A DNA stretch of 64,000 bases from Eledone cirrhosa (lineage: Eukaryota), in the NCBI GenBank assembly GCA_964016885.1, contig OZ024740.1, positions 179,738,001 to 179,802,000 of the forward strand, written 5' to 3'. Position 1 is the first letter of the stretch; the number at the start of each line of letters is the position of its first letter. A program made the position numbers and the translations under genes. Below the pieces are notes generated by a model. The model saw only the letters and a program-made list of their open reading frames with translations, made no database searches and had not been told where the DNA came from. This document shows, piece after piece, positions 42,008 through 57,175 of this stretch.

Positions 42008-42335
42008 GGTTGAAGAAATAAGAGTAACATGGTTGACTGTACAATAAGGGCTTTATTTAAATTACTGACAATTGTTTCTTGATCAGGTGTGTCTAAAGTT
42101 CGCTAAATGCTTGAGGTTGCGTCAATCGATCTCCAATACATTGTTTGCAACTGGTCAACACATCAGAGCACGTAGATATCAACGTGACCAGTTGTAAGCA
42201 ATGTATTGGAGATCGATTGACGCAACCTCAAGGGATTAGCGAACTCTAGACACACCTGATCAACGAAACAATTGTCAGTACTTTAAATAAAGCCCTTATT
42301 GTACAGCCAACCAGGTTACTCTTCTTTCTTTAACT
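42008..42335. mobile_element. ~150-bp-arm fold-back element with a degenerate long-stem-II hammerhead on minus (~42063-42170)
   Basis: arms 42008-42157 / 42185-42335; tgct CTGATGT g ttgaccag...ctgatcaa GAAA caattg TC agta. Confidence 0.7.
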
Positions 42336-42370
42336 ATATATATATATATATAAATACGTATTTAAGAAAG

Positions 42371-42740
42371 CCACAACAATGCAAAGGGAAATCTCGAGGT
42401 AGGAAGTGAAATATAGATAGGAAAAATAGGTGAAAGTGAAAATTGAGAGAGACAAAGATGAAAACAAAACAAAGGTAGAAGGGTTACCGTAGTAGAGATT
42501 TAATCCCAATATTTCGGGCTCACGCCCATCAACGGGGGAAGAGTTCCAAAAGGGGGGAAAGAGGCCAAGCGGAGAAAGTTGTGATGTCGTTAAGACAGGA
42601 ATGCCGTTATTAAATCTCTACTACGGTAACCCTTCTACCTTTGTTTTGTTTTCATCTTTGTCTCTCTCAATTTTCACTTTCACCTATTTTTCCTATATAT
42701 ATTTCACTTCCTACCTCGAGATTTCCCTTTGCATTGTTGT

Positions 42741-42742
<2 letters not shown>
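42371..42742. mobile_element. Fold-back element with 134-bp arms (42371-42504 / 42609-42742); degenerate hammerhead in the spacer on minus
   Basis: near-perfect arms; minus strand ccc CCGTTGA t gggc gtga gccc GAAA ta TT ggga. Confidence 0.75.
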
Positions 42743-42800
<58 letters not shown>

Positions 42801-42803
<3 letters not shown>

Positions 42804-43012
42804 TCCAGTTCCTCAGAAGAGGTCACGGCCAATGATGGCTGTCACCGAAATATATATAGCAGTATATTTATAATTTATAATAAACGAAGCCAAATTTTAC
42901 ATATTTGACTTAATTATTTTACATTACTCCGGAGTAAACAAACCAACCTGCGTACTTCGTCGAGTACTCCAATCTGCATACTGAGAAGTCGGTAAACAAT
43001 CAACATATACTG
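42801..43012 (+). mobile_element. pLTR-like fragment between (TA)n tracts with degenerate hammerhead and AATAAA
   Basis: CAGAAGA ggtcacggcc aatgat ggctgtcacc GAAA (42814-42850); aataaa ~42879. Confidence 0.55.
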
Positions 43013-43242
43013 AATATATATATATATATATATATATAGTATTAGTTATACTATTTATGGTTATGTAAATACAAAACCTTATGCAGTTATAAGTATTTTA
43101 CACACACCCTAAATAGTGGTAGGCAGTAATGTATTACTACCTTATTACCAGTAAGTTAAGTAGCTCAATGTAAAAACATCAGATGATTTACAGAGCAGTT
43201 ATATGAAATATAAGAATCAAAGAACTGTTCAAAACATTATTG

Positions 43243-43289
43243 TGCTTACAGCTGTTTCCTCCAAACCGAGGTTTGGATGCTTCGGAGCA
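43243..43289 (-). ncRNA. Degenerate hammerhead remnant
   Basis: tgct CCGAAGC a tccaaacc tc ggtttgga g GAAA cagctg TA agca; stems intact, core mutated. Confidence 0.55.
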
Positions 43290-44857
43290 ATTTATTAATG
43301 CTTCGGAGCAATTTATTAATGCATGGACAGTTATATGACCTCCTTTTCAGCCGAGAGACATACCGATACATATTCAAACATTGATACATATTCAAACATT
43401 GTGGGTCAACATTCATTACAGAATTTAGAGTGGCAGTACACACTTCGAGATTACATTTATATTAAGAGGTACAATCAAAAATCAAAAATACAGGTTAAAA
43501 TACAACATGAAGATAAGCGGTTATATAGTGCAAATGTTATATGTGTGGTGCGCATGTGCGTCTTGTTTATATAGTGTGGCAGAGAGATATGTGTGGTAGA
43601 GGCACTTAGGTAGGTAAACAAGAGTGTTAGGTTGGTAGATCTGGTGGCAAATTCTTTATATGATTGATATAGTCTGTGTGTGGAGAAGTGTTATAAGCAT
43701 TAAAAATAGTGCAAGCATTAAAAGTGTTAAAAGTATTGGAGATGCACAGCGAAGGGATGTCAAGTATTTCATGTACTTCGGCATTTTCATGGTCAGGGGA
43801 GTGTATTTTTCGATTATATGCCCTTCACATAATCCACGACAATCCGATATTGAGCGTTTGACAATCCAGTTAGAGATCGTAGTCTGGTGTTCTTTAGTTC
43901 AATACAGGAGGCTGTTACGTTTCGAGAAACGCCATTGAATACCACCCGGAAGTGTGTGTGTGGCTAAGGGGAGTTAATGCATGCGGGGAGGTAACTCTGG
44001 GGTTTCTATACCTAGCTATTAAAATGTGTCACAATATAGACCCTAATTTCTATGGCGATGCGCATCCTCCAAGAAAATTTTTAAAGCATAAAGTGTATTA
44101 ACTATAGAGTAGTTTAATTAAGTTATACTGAAGGTGATCATACTATTATGGTGGATTAACCCATCGTAAGGTGCCACAAATGGAAATTATAGATGATGAG
44201 CGAGGATTCTAAATTAATGATCTCTGTGGTTGTAGTCTACTCATAGGACCAGGCGCGGTGATTGCAGGATAGCTTCAGGACGCAATGATCTCTGGTAAGT
44301 TCTGGGTCATCGCTTGCTACATTGGATGTCGAAAGATAATCATCCTCAGGCCGGCCAGAGGTCAATCCGCAGTCCTCGCGACCCCTCTCTGACCGTCAGA
44401 TCATCCATATATGTACAACCCGCACGGTAGTTGCAATGCATTCACTCACTGCGCTCAGCAGCCTGGTCCTACTGCTCAACAGCGTTACTAGATTAAATCA
44501 CTTTTCATCTGTCTAAGGAAGGTGTTTCCTCTGGACAACACTATCCAACCGATCAATTCATGCTCAAATTACCCTTAGAGCGGTGTAGTGCCGTTCAAGT
44601 GGGTGGATGTTGTCACACCTGACGTAGAGGTATAAATGGGTATTCTCCCTGCGAAGGATTCCAGAGGGATGTCGTTGTTTGTGTTATAATAGATCAGTTA
44701 GTGTTGGGTATGTAGTATAAGGTGTGTCTCTGGTGTTTGATGCTAGATGTGATGTTAGGTTCCAGTCCGACATTGCTATATATTGGGCTTAAAGTTTTGG
44801 AAGGAATGTCTGAAGCGGTGCTGGCAAGTTGCAAACACCTCAGATTTTTTGTCCACA

Positions 44858-44980
<123 letters not shown>

Positions 44981-47900
44981 CTGTGTCTGTGTGTGTGTCT
45001 GTGTAAGTGTGTGTGAAATATTCAGTCACAAAATATATTAATGTTTTGCTTGATTGACATCTAAGCCTAACATTGCGTTGGTTACTTGTAACAATGTATG
45101 TATGAAATGTATAATTAAACCAATCATGTATCAGTTTACAAAGTAATGTGAATGACAACAAAAATCTGATTATTTTTTGTTTGACTTTACTGTTTGTTAC
45201 AGATATACAAATGGCGTTGTGTTACATGCAGCGAATTATTTCCATGTAATTCATGCTGGTTTAACCGCATGATTTAAATAGTTGCATAATACTTTAGTAT
45301 ATTTTTAAAGCTAAATAATTTACTATGTTATAAATAATTCGTTCCAAATATTTATGTTGCTACAATGGATTGGTAGCTGTATATTTTCCCCTAAATATAT
45401 ATTTGTGGTACGTGTAGAGACAACCAAATGGAACTGGGTTTGATTGCATTTAGACAAGCGCAAAATAAGTCAGTTGTTTTGATATAGTCTGCTATTTGAT
45501 TGTGTACATAAATATCGAATGATAACCTTCACAAAAGTTTGTGAATAATACAATGCTGTAAACAACTTCTGGCGAGTGATATACCCTGCGAAGCACATGA
45601 GTAAAGAGGCAATCGCTATTATGTATTTTCTTCTTAGTTCCTCAATATGGTTGTCAAAATGTATTTATTAACCAACACATTTAAAATATTTTCCAACACA
45701 TATCGGAAATATATCGATACGTAATATGTATAATTGAGATGGCATGTTTTGGAGTATGTCTAATTTAAATGTGTGTGGATTAAATAAACAACTATACTTT
45801 CAAAATACCAAGATAACATTGTGTCCCTTAAAACTGAATTCAATTAAGAGACTCATTCCAACATATGTTCATCATCGATGTTAATTTTGATTTTTTATTC
45901 ACATACTTGTAAACGATTTTCAAGATCCTTCTCGTCCAACAAATTTTAGCCTTTTTTCGTGGTTTTAAATGGTTAGGACAGGATCACGAAGACGTATTTG
46001 CATTTTGCGGTTATATCGTTCTTTAATTTGGCTTAATTGAATAGCAACTGGATCATATTGTCCTTTGAACTCGGAATATTGATATTTAAAGTCATTGACT
46101 AAAACATGTTTAGCACAATATATATGAGTGATGAAATGTTTCCCAGTTAATTTACATTTTAATATTACTTTATTGTGTCAAATATTTTGATTTTTGTATC
46201 ACCCCCAATGATTGCTTTATAGATTCACTGTCCATTTAAGCTTTTATTTATTGTTATTGCGCACTTTTTACACCCAACTAAAATATGTCCAGTCATGCTT
46301 TAATATAATTCCCTGCATCTATAAAGAAAATTACATGTTCGACAACCGTGCTTATTCCCAGCTCCTCAATACCTGTTCCATACTGCGTTATCACGACGTA
46401 GACATTTTTGTGCAGATATACACATGACAGGTACTATCAGCAGGCTGAATTGTCAACTACCTTAAGAACAAACTTCAAAGAACCACATTGCTGATATTGA
46501 AACGATTTCAGCTTTATTAAAATTTGTATAGAGAAATATTAAATAATTTCCTGCATTGATTAATACAACATCAAATATTTTCGCTTCGTAGCAAAATTGC
46601 GGCTGTGATGCTCGTATGGGTTTATGATCTATAACATTATTCGGGGTGGGCCAGTATTCATTGTATAGAGGAAAATGCGTGCTTAGTAATTTTCAGTGTA
46701 GTCAGATCAAAACGCGCCAAAAACTAGGCCTAAATGTTTGCTAAACTGTAGTTTGAAATTATATTATTTGAGAAAATAGAGTCCATTGTATGGATAGCTT
46801 AGGGTGTAAAATATTCGGGGCCGATGCTAACTATATCGCTATTTATTAAAGGGATATCGATTACTCTAGAATTTTACCGTTAATTTTCTTTCATGTAGAT
46901 TATAATTATGTTCGTTTAACTTTAATGAATTACACATCGCTATACTACGCATGTATGGAAGTGTGAGTATGTACATCTTCCTGAAAGCACTTAAACACGG
47001 TGGAAAATATATACACATGTACTCGCAAATAGACACATCTATATATATACAGCCATGTACACACACGCACACATATACGCAAACGTATGTATATAATTCA
47101 TATGCATAGATAATTCTGCTCCCCGAACAACGAACAACCAAAAATATATCTCAAACTACCGTTGGCATTTTAAAATGAACGCTTGAAGCAAATGTCATTT
47201 GAAGTATGCCTGTATTAAAATCAATAAAACCTATTTATTTCACAGTGCTCCCATTCAGAAATATTTCGGCATTCCAATAGAAAAGAAACTCTAAACTACA
47301 TTACATACTACCTCCCACTATCATCTACTGACATTTATAATATCCTCTTGTCATTTTCTATTGAAAATAACTTGAATAATCACCGTTCTATTAAACTGCA
47401 AGGTATAGCCAGTGATGTCAAAGAAGTTTTCACAGAAACTGTTATTTAAAGCAATTTCCTTCAGATATGACATAACCTGCAAAATATTGATAATCATTCC
47501 CCGAGGACTGAAGATGTGTAATCTAAAAACGAATATGATGGTGGATCTAATCAATTCTTTTTGATCTAGAAATATCTGAAATATCTGGATGGCCTGAGAA
47601 TGAAATATATAATACATATAATATATCTGCTATCTTGAAAATGTTGCATATATCGAGGATATGGAAATACTCGCTAGCTAATGTCATTGAAACACATAAT
47701 CCGATCCAAGATTCCTTTATCATCATCACCAGCACCTTCCACCCATTCTCATCTCCTCAACATTATCAACATCACCATCATCATCACCACCACCATGATG
47801 ATTATCATAATTATCAGCACCAACACCATCATCATCGCCACCATTACCCCCATAATCATCATCATCACCATCATTATCATATTCATCACAATTTTGTTCT

Positions 47901-49657
47901 TTCTTTATATATAATTCAGAATTGGTAATTCCGTTTAATTGTATCGACATTTAATGGTACAATTGGGATATAATTCGTAAAATATTCATAGAACTTTCAT
48001 TTTGTTACATTTTATAGAAGAATTGGCAACGACATTTCTATTTGAATATCTATATCGCTTGTGGCTATTTCATGGGTTGTTAATCCTGTAGTATTGGCAA
48101 CAATTTCCCGCCTCAATATAGAGATTGATAGATGCTCAGAGTAGGCATCTGCAATACTAAATCATATCATGTTTGAGATAATTTCTGTGCTTGTACATAG
48201 AGTCTGCAAAATTTACGCAATATTGAAGTCGTCAATTCAGTAGAATGTTTCGGGCATTAACTGTGTTGCGACTCTGTGCCATCTAAGTTAAACATCTCGC
48301 CAACATCCACTTTGCCTTTTATCCTTTCGTAGTCGATAAACAAATCACTAGCCCACTGCTATTACAGCTCTCCAAACTGTCTCAATCCGGTACATTCATA
48401 CAATCATGTGAGGTGGGCGATGGCATTATAAATGAAAACCAGGAACAAAAATGAGAAAAGAACCAATGAAAGATTCGGAGCATTGTTGCACCACATAATT
48501 CGACTCCGTATTACTTCTGTTCGCAACTTCATGGGAATATAATTCCTTTTCTGAAAGCAGAATACGTGCTGCTATCTCATACTCAGTTGCGTGTGGAATC
48601 CATAGTAAATATAATTTAAAATGGAAACACGATACCCCCAACTGAATATTTAGCGCGGCCGTAGCAATCCAATTAATGTCTTGGGAAATTCATAATAACG
48701 GAGATACGTGTGTATTAGTTTCGGTTTCCACTATAAAGCATATATCTAGAATGTCTTCATAAAGAGCACGTTATACAATATCTGCTCTACAGTATGTTTC
48801 CCCATGTGACACAAATCGTGCCTCACCTCTTTTTTCCTTCTCTTTCTCTCTTTCCGTCATCATCTCTCTCCTTCCCTCTATCTTTTTATTTCTCACTTCC
48901 TCGCACCTTATGCTTTCTGTTTAACCGTTGCTGTGTAGAGTAGACTGAATACGTATACTCTTAGCATATCCTAATATGAAAAAAAAAAAAAAATACTTAC
49001 ACCCACAACAGTATATACATAATTTTATTAAACTCTAGAAACCACGTTTTGATAACAATGGGTATTTAAATAATAAACACAGGAATGCAGGATAACATTA
49101 TTTCCCATAAAATTACATTCCACCATTATATATATATATATCTTTAAGTTCACATATCGAAGCCAATACTTTCTCAAAACGTAAGTGTGCTATTACTAAA
49201 AGTAAATCGAATATTAGAGATACACTTTTACAAGCAAGCCGTAATCCATTTCTGAAAAAGAGACACCTATGTGCAACTTTAATTACAATTTATCTTCAAT
49301 AACTAAGAGTAATAAATATTGAATATCACCGAGACGTGTCAAGAAATGTTAATGACCGAACATTTGATTTAATTTTCAGACAAGAAGATAGAGGTATACT
49401 TGAGTTGAGAGTCCCTCTGGTCTAGCACAGTTAATGTTATTATTAGTTGTCCATCGCTACCTTAATAAAGTGGTATACACACTTCACTTCCTCTTTTCAT
49501 TCTATATTCTGATGAAGGACCCGTGTTGAATCCTTAAGACGTTTTTCCTTCATCTCTTCATTGTACTGTTTCGTTTGCTTTGTTACTTCTCTTTCCCTTT
49601 TCATTATATATATATATATATATATATATACTTAGAGAGAGAGGGAGAGAGCGAGAA

Positions 49658-49693
<36 letters not shown>

Positions 49694-52399
49694 ATATATA
49701 GAGAGAGATAATGAGAGAGAGATCTAAAACATATCGTGCTGAGGTTAACATTGAAAACACTAACGTAATAATCTTTTGGAGATATATTCGTGGTAGGCAG
49801 ATTGTATGAGTGGATCAGCTGATAAACTTCAGCATTATGTGTTTGTACGAAATGATATAACGACAAATGAAAACGGAACTCACAGCTGTGGTATTCAGAA
49901 TCTAAAATTCCTAATCAATTTTCATTCGTGCTTTTAGCAACACCTGCAATGTACGTCAGTGTATTTACGCATGCGTTTTGCAGTTATATTATGCGCATAT
50001 AATTAAATATGTGCGCAACTGTCTTATCTAACCTATTTCATGAAATAGCAATTTATTGCAATGAGCTGATTTGCACTGAAATCATTAAATAATCATTTCA
50101 TTAATACAACATTTAACAAAATACGTGAGAAGTATACAAATCAAGCAACATAGCAAAGTTTTCACAGAACATTCTCAGATGTAAATTGTTAAGTCCAACT
50201 TGATTGAAGTTTTATTCTTGTCTTTGATTTGCTAAAATGTTGAAACGTAACATCTATCTCCGTACTTATTAAATCCTGAAATTTAATACTGCTGGTTATT
50301 ACATTATTAATACCGCCTCAATAAATTCTGCCTCTTGTACAATAACATTTACTGTCACTGATATTTTGTTGTTGAAGCAAATATATCTTTTATTGTTGAA
50401 CGACTTTGATTAGTCCAGACGCTTTACTCATCACATCCAAATACATGTGAGAGAATTTAGTTTTATATCTACCCACTATGTAAAGATTGGCCAATGGTGA
50501 CATTTGAAGAAGCCAGTTTTATTCTTAATTACGACCTCAAATTTGTACACTCTATAGGCCAACTTCAGTTTGTTTCGTCTTTCATTTATTTTAACTTCGT
50601 AGATAAATATCAACGTTTATTTGCCGCATAATTAAATTGTAGCATCCTTCAGGAAATGAAACATTTAAAGTTGACATCCTACTTTCATGCTACATTTACA
50701 AATCGAATGAGCAATAAATAAACTAAATTTGTTACAATAAGACGGAATGGACGATTTTAGTTTTATTAGTCGGCTTAAAAGTAGGGATCAACTATTCAAA
50801 TGATTGTCAGAGACAAAACAAAGAATTGCCAGAGACAAAAAAGAAGAAAGTAAATTGTTGAATCCGTGACTGAAGATAATGTTGACCGAATACAATGGTC
50901 AAACTTTGAAATATATTAAGATTATTTCAGTCTAACAATTGAATCTAATATATATTCTGTCAGAGAAGATTGAGTGATTTGGTATTGATTTTTAGGAATA
51001 ATACAGTTATACTAACCAGACAAAATTTAGTTTGATTTTACAGGACATGTACAAGGAAGAAAACAACCCAAAACAATGTACAATGTTAATTTATCACATA
51101 CAAGGAGGGAAATTCTTATACGGATTCCATTTAGACGGTGAGCATTCCTGCCAGTAAAAATATGGGTGGTGTTTATCTAGGTCTCTGTCAATATTATATC
51201 GAAAGGTATTTTTAAGATAATCACATGTTCAAATATATAGCATTTAGAATACAGCATAGTTACGATTTTCGTACTAAAGTCAACAGAACCGTATGATAAA
51301 AATATTTGTAATGAATGAAGAATGTTATATCTGAAATAATATGCATAATATATTACCCATATCTAAGTGATTGACTCTATTAAGGTGTGCGTTAAACATA
51401 TCCAAGGAGGATTGATATCCAAAATGTAGAATGTCGAACCAAATAACTATAATGAACATCATCAAATGCCACCAACATTGTTAAACTCTTTAGAATCCTC
51501 CTGTAGTTATAGAACGTCTTTATTAGCTATTCGTGTAAAGGAATTACAATGTTAATACCCATCTGGTCTGCACCAATCAACCCACATGGAAATGAAATTT
51601 ATATTTGGCGTTAAGTGAACAAATGGGATTATGGTATCCGTAAATACTATCATAATACTTCAATCCAATCCAAGGTATTCTTAATCATGTTGGGGGAAAC
51701 CCTCCTCAGTTAACATCCACTACTTTCTGTTTGGGTTTGCTCATATCGGGGATGTAGCCTTCACAATACAATACCTATATATCATAGAAATTAAGCCAAG
51801 CAGATTCAGTGTTATAGATTATTCCGAAGAATTCATTACATTTAATGATATTGAGACCAGTCTAGTAATATTACGATCGAGAGATATTCACTCCCGTGAA
51901 ATTATTTACATTCACCACATCTCGATGAACAGGCAGGGCTCATTTCAAGAATACGTCACGTCTCTAATGTTTTAAATTAACATCTATTTCGATATACAAT
52001 GATTGCATAATATGATATATTTTTTAAACTTGACATCATTCTAGCTTTCCAGCTCTGTTATATCAAAGATCCAGACGCACTTCAAATTAGGGCACTTCTG
52101 TCACTTACTGATTGGTGGTTTTACAATACAGAATTGAAAGGTAAATCATCTAGCTGATGATGAATGGTTATATTGTCACTCCAAATGCTCAGTGACCTAC
52201 AGAATGTATTCATGTCTGGCGATTTTCTATTGGAAATTTCCACATTTGAAATACAACATAAGAAGTATCATAGATTCAACCGGTTTCCAGTCATAATTGA
52301 AGCCTGGCAACAGCGAACGTGGTGATGATATGCACCCAGAAGGGATGATCACCTTTCTGCTAGAAGGATGTAAACATCTAATCCGGGACGCAAATTAAT

Positions 52400-52800
52400 G
52401 CTATATGCCCTCAGCCTTCTGCCTTGTTTCGCTCAGAAATCCGAGGTCCAGCGTCCGTAATACGTAGGCGAGGAAGATAGTTATATAGCGGGAGATGGTG
52501 AACCACTTCAATTTCGTGCAGGTAGGCATCGAGACCTCGAGTGTTCTTGTTATTCGAATTGCCGATTTTCTCTGCAAAATCAGGAGTAGACATCCCGTCT
52601 GAAGAAGGAGCCCTGTGAGGAAGATTGACTGATACTGCTGGTGCCATCGACTGTTATCCACAGTAATGCCTTTTCCATTTCGTCTATGGGACGAAGCTGA
52701 GTCTTACTATCTAAGCCGGGCCTTAGAGAGTGTTGTTCCCTTACCATTTCACGTGCTTTCGTTACAGAAATAGAGTTTCTGATTTTTTTCATGGTTTTTC
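52400..52800 (-). mobile_element. Highly degenerate LINE RT fragment
   Basis: VREQHSLRPGLDSKTQL and VDGTSSISQSSSQGS echo the QHGFR and VPQGS RT motifs. Confidence 0.4.
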
Positions 52801-52869
52801 TGTATTTTAGATGAATAATTCTACATATATTTCTTTTATTTTTAATAAACATTTTTGAAACTCAGTGTC

Positions 52870-53620
52870 ACAATCTCAAACTGAAGACGGTAGAAAGGCT
52901 CAAGTATCTCGGTAATGTTTTCTATGGCGATGGAATGTAAAATGTTCATTTAAATGGCAGAATTTCTAGAGCTGGTGCAATAATGGGTACGCTTACTCAT
53001 TCGGACATCGGAAGAATGCAAACTTTAAATACGATATTTTCAATTCTGTGTTCGAACCTACCCTTACAGTGGACATGGACGTTGGCTAATAATCGAAAGG
53101 ATACGTTCACGAATACAAGTGACCAGTATAGGATTCTTTGGAAGGGTCGTTGGAGTAACGTTACTCGATAGTTTGCGTCCCACATAGATAAAGGAATCGC
53201 TCCAAGTAAAACATTTCCCCATAATCAAGTGATCACAACTCCAGTGATACTGGAAAGAACCCCTTGACAGATTTTAAGGGCAAAGACAATCGGCTGAAGA
53301 TCCAGAGGTGAACCATGAGATCATTTGGTCTTGCTTGAGAATATCTGGTTGGAATATTTGCAGATGTTTCTTTCTGATAGGAACCTCCGGAAGACATGTT
53401 TGAGAACTTTGTGACATACCAGGAATAGTGAATTGAAGAAGGGGAATGAAGAGGAGAAGGAAGAAGAAGAAGAAGAAGAAGAAGAAGAAGAAGAAGAAGA
53501 AGAAGAAGAAGAAGAAGAAGAAGAAGAAGAAGAAGAAGAAGAAGAAGAAGAAGAAGATGAAGAAGAAGAAGAAGATGAAGAAGAAGAAGAAGAAGACGGT
53601 GATGATGATGATGATGATGG
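52870..53620 (+). mobile_element. Degenerate RTE-like LINE 3' end with (GAA)n/(GAT)n tail
   Basis: LKTVERLKYLGNVF-like segment followed by a long trinucleotide tail (53460-53618). Confidence 0.55.
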
Positions 53621-55534
53621 TTATAAGGATTCTATCTAAATCAATCGATAAAGAATTATAATCATAATATACCAAAAGGAAATCAAGACATACAAAAGTA
53701 AAAAGAAATGAAACGTAACATGATGCCTGCTCTTATGGGTCATTTGAACTCCAATGGCCGGTTTGCAGTCTTTATATATCTATAAGAGAAGTTTATATTC
53801 AAGCGGCCTCGCATTGCATGAGAGAAGTTTATGTATAGATGTCAGCTCAATATCTAAGTTTATATATGTATCAGTCACAGTGGTATATGCAATTCATAAT
53901 CCTCGGTTTAAAGTGTTCTAGAAAGTATGTGTGTCATTTAAGGATATAGAAAAGGACAGAGAATCCTCGTTATGATTACTTTACTAGTACCTGGCCATGT
54001 GTCGTTCATCTTGTTATAGTAAATTTCATCTATGTTTATATATGCTGGTGGTGCTTTTATTATTGGTCATTTATATAATGTATCTGGTTTATATAATGAT
54101 CCGACTAAACGAAACCAATAAATCATTTTCAATCAGTAGTGTCCACAATCCTAAAGATGCTGCAATAGCTGCCAAATACACGTTAAATCAAACATTCGCG
54201 TCCTATAAAAGAAGAACTTATTTACAACTGTTCGTCATACGTCTGTTGGGTAGAATTCCCCACAAGACAATCTCAATAATGTTTATGATTTTAAGCAGTA
54301 CTAGCATATAGAGCATCAATAGCAACATTTCTGGTCAAATAGAGGAGGGCTCTAATGTAAGATTAAAATCGCATTGCTCCATGATGGTAACGGAATCCTA
54401 ACACCTCAGCATATAAAAACAATACAATTCTCCGAATGAAATCTATCCTATTCACGTTAGAATAAAAATGTTATTTTAAATAAAAGACACCAAAGCAAAC
54501 ACAGTCAGATGTTTATAGCAGACATTGGATATGGTGACTTGAAGTTTGAGAACACATCGTACAGAAGTCTAATATCTGTGTACATCGAATTGTGATGCCA
54601 GCACCAGGACGATGTAAATTCTCCATAAAAGAGGAAAACTAGTACAGTGAAGTATTTGGTGGTTTGCACTTACATATCTACGACATTATTCCTTGCTAAC
54701 TCTTAAATATTTTAATTCTGAAACATAACTAATATTACAATATAAAGTTCTAATTAAGGAAATATTTACATCTACATGCATACTTGTAAAAAAAAATAAA
54801 TTATTCTCTTCAATTTCTTTTTCTCTCGAAAACCGATTTGTATCTTTGAATATTAATTTGATATTTTCGTTAGGGGACATCATCAAACACAATTTCTCAT
54901 TGGCATTAGGACATACATCTATAATATTATAAAGCTGAGTGTCGTGTGTATTGTGTATGTATTTATCCTACACACCTACCTCTAGTTTCTTAGATTTACT
55001 CTCTCTCCGTCACTCTTCTCTCTCTATATAATAGATAATTCCCCCTCTCTATAATTTAACTGATTTACTCTCTCTGTTGCTCTTCACTCTCAAATATTAT
55101 AAAGCTGAGCGTCGTCTCTCTCTTTCTCCCTTTCCCTCATTCACCCTTTCTATAATTTAACTGCTTTACTCTCTGTCTCTCTTCACTCTATATGACAACA
55201 CTTTTACTTTCCGTAGAGATGCGCGTCGTATGTAAATTCGGTCAACACGTATGTATCCTACACACCTCCCTATAGTTTCTTAGCTTTACTCTCGCCGTCG
55301 CTCCTACCTCTCTCTATAATAGATCATCCCCCCTCTCTATAATTTAACTGCTTTATTCTCTCTGTCGCTCTTCACTCTCTAATATTATGAAGCTGAGCTT
55401 CGTCTCTATCACTCTCTCTCCCTCTTTCACCCTCTCTATAATTTAACTGCTTTACTCTCAGTCTCTCTTAACTCTCTATATGACAACACTCTTTTACTTT
55501 CCGTATCTACCTTCAATATATAAATATATACCCA

Positions 55535-55815
55535 GGTTCTGCTCCACGTCGGGCTGAGGGGCCCAAACTCCTCAAATACCGGTCGCTCTCCGACAGGTTT
55601 GCGGTCGTACCCCTGGCAGTGGAGATTTTTGGTGTTTCGGCCCCAGGACTACCTCCTTACTCACCACCATAGGCGCTGAGCTGGCCAGCCGCAGGTGTGA
55701 GCCCCGCGAGTTGGAGTGGCTTTTCCAGCGCGTCTCCCTTGCCGTCCTTCGGGGAAACGCCTTCTCCATTCTGTCCGCCGGAGCTGTGGGTGGGCCCTAT
55801 CGCGTACCGTTGTAG
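55535..55815 (+). mobile_element. 3' fragment of a CRE-like RLE retrotransposon inside the Helitron
   Basis: AEGPKLLKYRSLSDRFAVVPLAVEIFG, frameshift, GPRTTSLL..EPRELEWLFQRVSLAVLRGNAFSIL. Confidence 0.7.
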
Positions 55816-56028
55816 TTGTTGTATACAGATATTAACTCATCAATCCCATTATTTATATCATATATCAACATAGAGATGAGCGTCGTATGTATGTTTATTT
55901 CATAAGGATAACCGCCTTCAAATTCGGTCAACACACAAGCAGGTAATACATACATCAAAAAGCAACCCTCTTAGAGAGACAGAGAGTGAAAGAGACAGAT
56001 TAGGAAAACTACACACACACACACATCT

Positions 56029-56136
<108 letters not shown>

Positions 56137-56230
56137 AGACGGCCAAGTAGGTAATACATACGTTTAAAATCATTTGGATACAAATATCATAATATAATGG
56201 TTGCAGAACGAAAATACAGACAAATATAAT

Positions 56231-56808
56231 AATTGTTTCTACATTTGGCACAAGGCCAGCAATTACCCAGTGCATTACTGGTACTTTATTTTATCGACCC
56301 CATAAGGATGAAAGGCAAAGTTAACCTCGGCGGGATTTGAACTCAGAATAGCAAGGGCCGTAACTCTATGCGTCAAAGCATGGCGTCCGACCCTCTACCG
56401 ATACTGCCAATCTACCGCCCTTTATAATTGTTTCTACTTTAGGCACAAGGCCAGCAATTACCCAGTGCATTACTGGTACTTTATTTTATCGACCCCATAA
56501 GGATGAAAGGCAAAGTTAACCTCGGCGGGATTTGAACTCAGAATAGCAAGGGCCGTAACTCTATGCGTCAAAGCATGGTGTCCGACCCTCTACCGATACT
56601 GCCAATATACTGCCCTTTATAATTGTTTCTACTTTAGGCACAAGGCCAGCAATTACCCAGTGCATTACTGGTACTTTATTTTATCGACCCCGTAAGGATC
56701 AAAGGCAAAGTCAACCTTGGCTGGATTTGAACTCAGATCGTAAAGGGGCGTAACTATGCTGGAAATCATGGCGTCCGACCCTCTACCGGTACTGCCAATC
56801 CACCGCCC
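56231..56808 (-). mobile_element. Head-to-tail SINE trimer (195-bp period) within one 15-bp TSD
   Basis: units at 56231, 56426, 56621; gacaaatataataat at 56219-56233 and 56810-56824. Confidence 0.88.
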
Positions 56809-57085
56809 TGACAAATATAATAATGTATGTATCCCACACACTTTTTCTGTCGTCGGTCGCATAAGTAACACACACACACACACACGCACACATACACACG
56901 CACACATACACATATATACACACTCACACACGTATCTATACTTTATATGTATATATGTATCTGTATATGCATATATGTATGTAAGATAATTCCCCCTCTC
57001 TATAATTTAACTGGTTTACTCTCTATATGACAACACTGTTTTAGTTTCCGTATCTCCATTCAATATATACACATATAGAGAGATA

Positions 57086-57175
<90 letters not shown>

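Noticed and set aside
49505-49550. CTGATGA agga..tcct motif
   Set aside because: GAAA and stem I are missing; at best a decayed remnant
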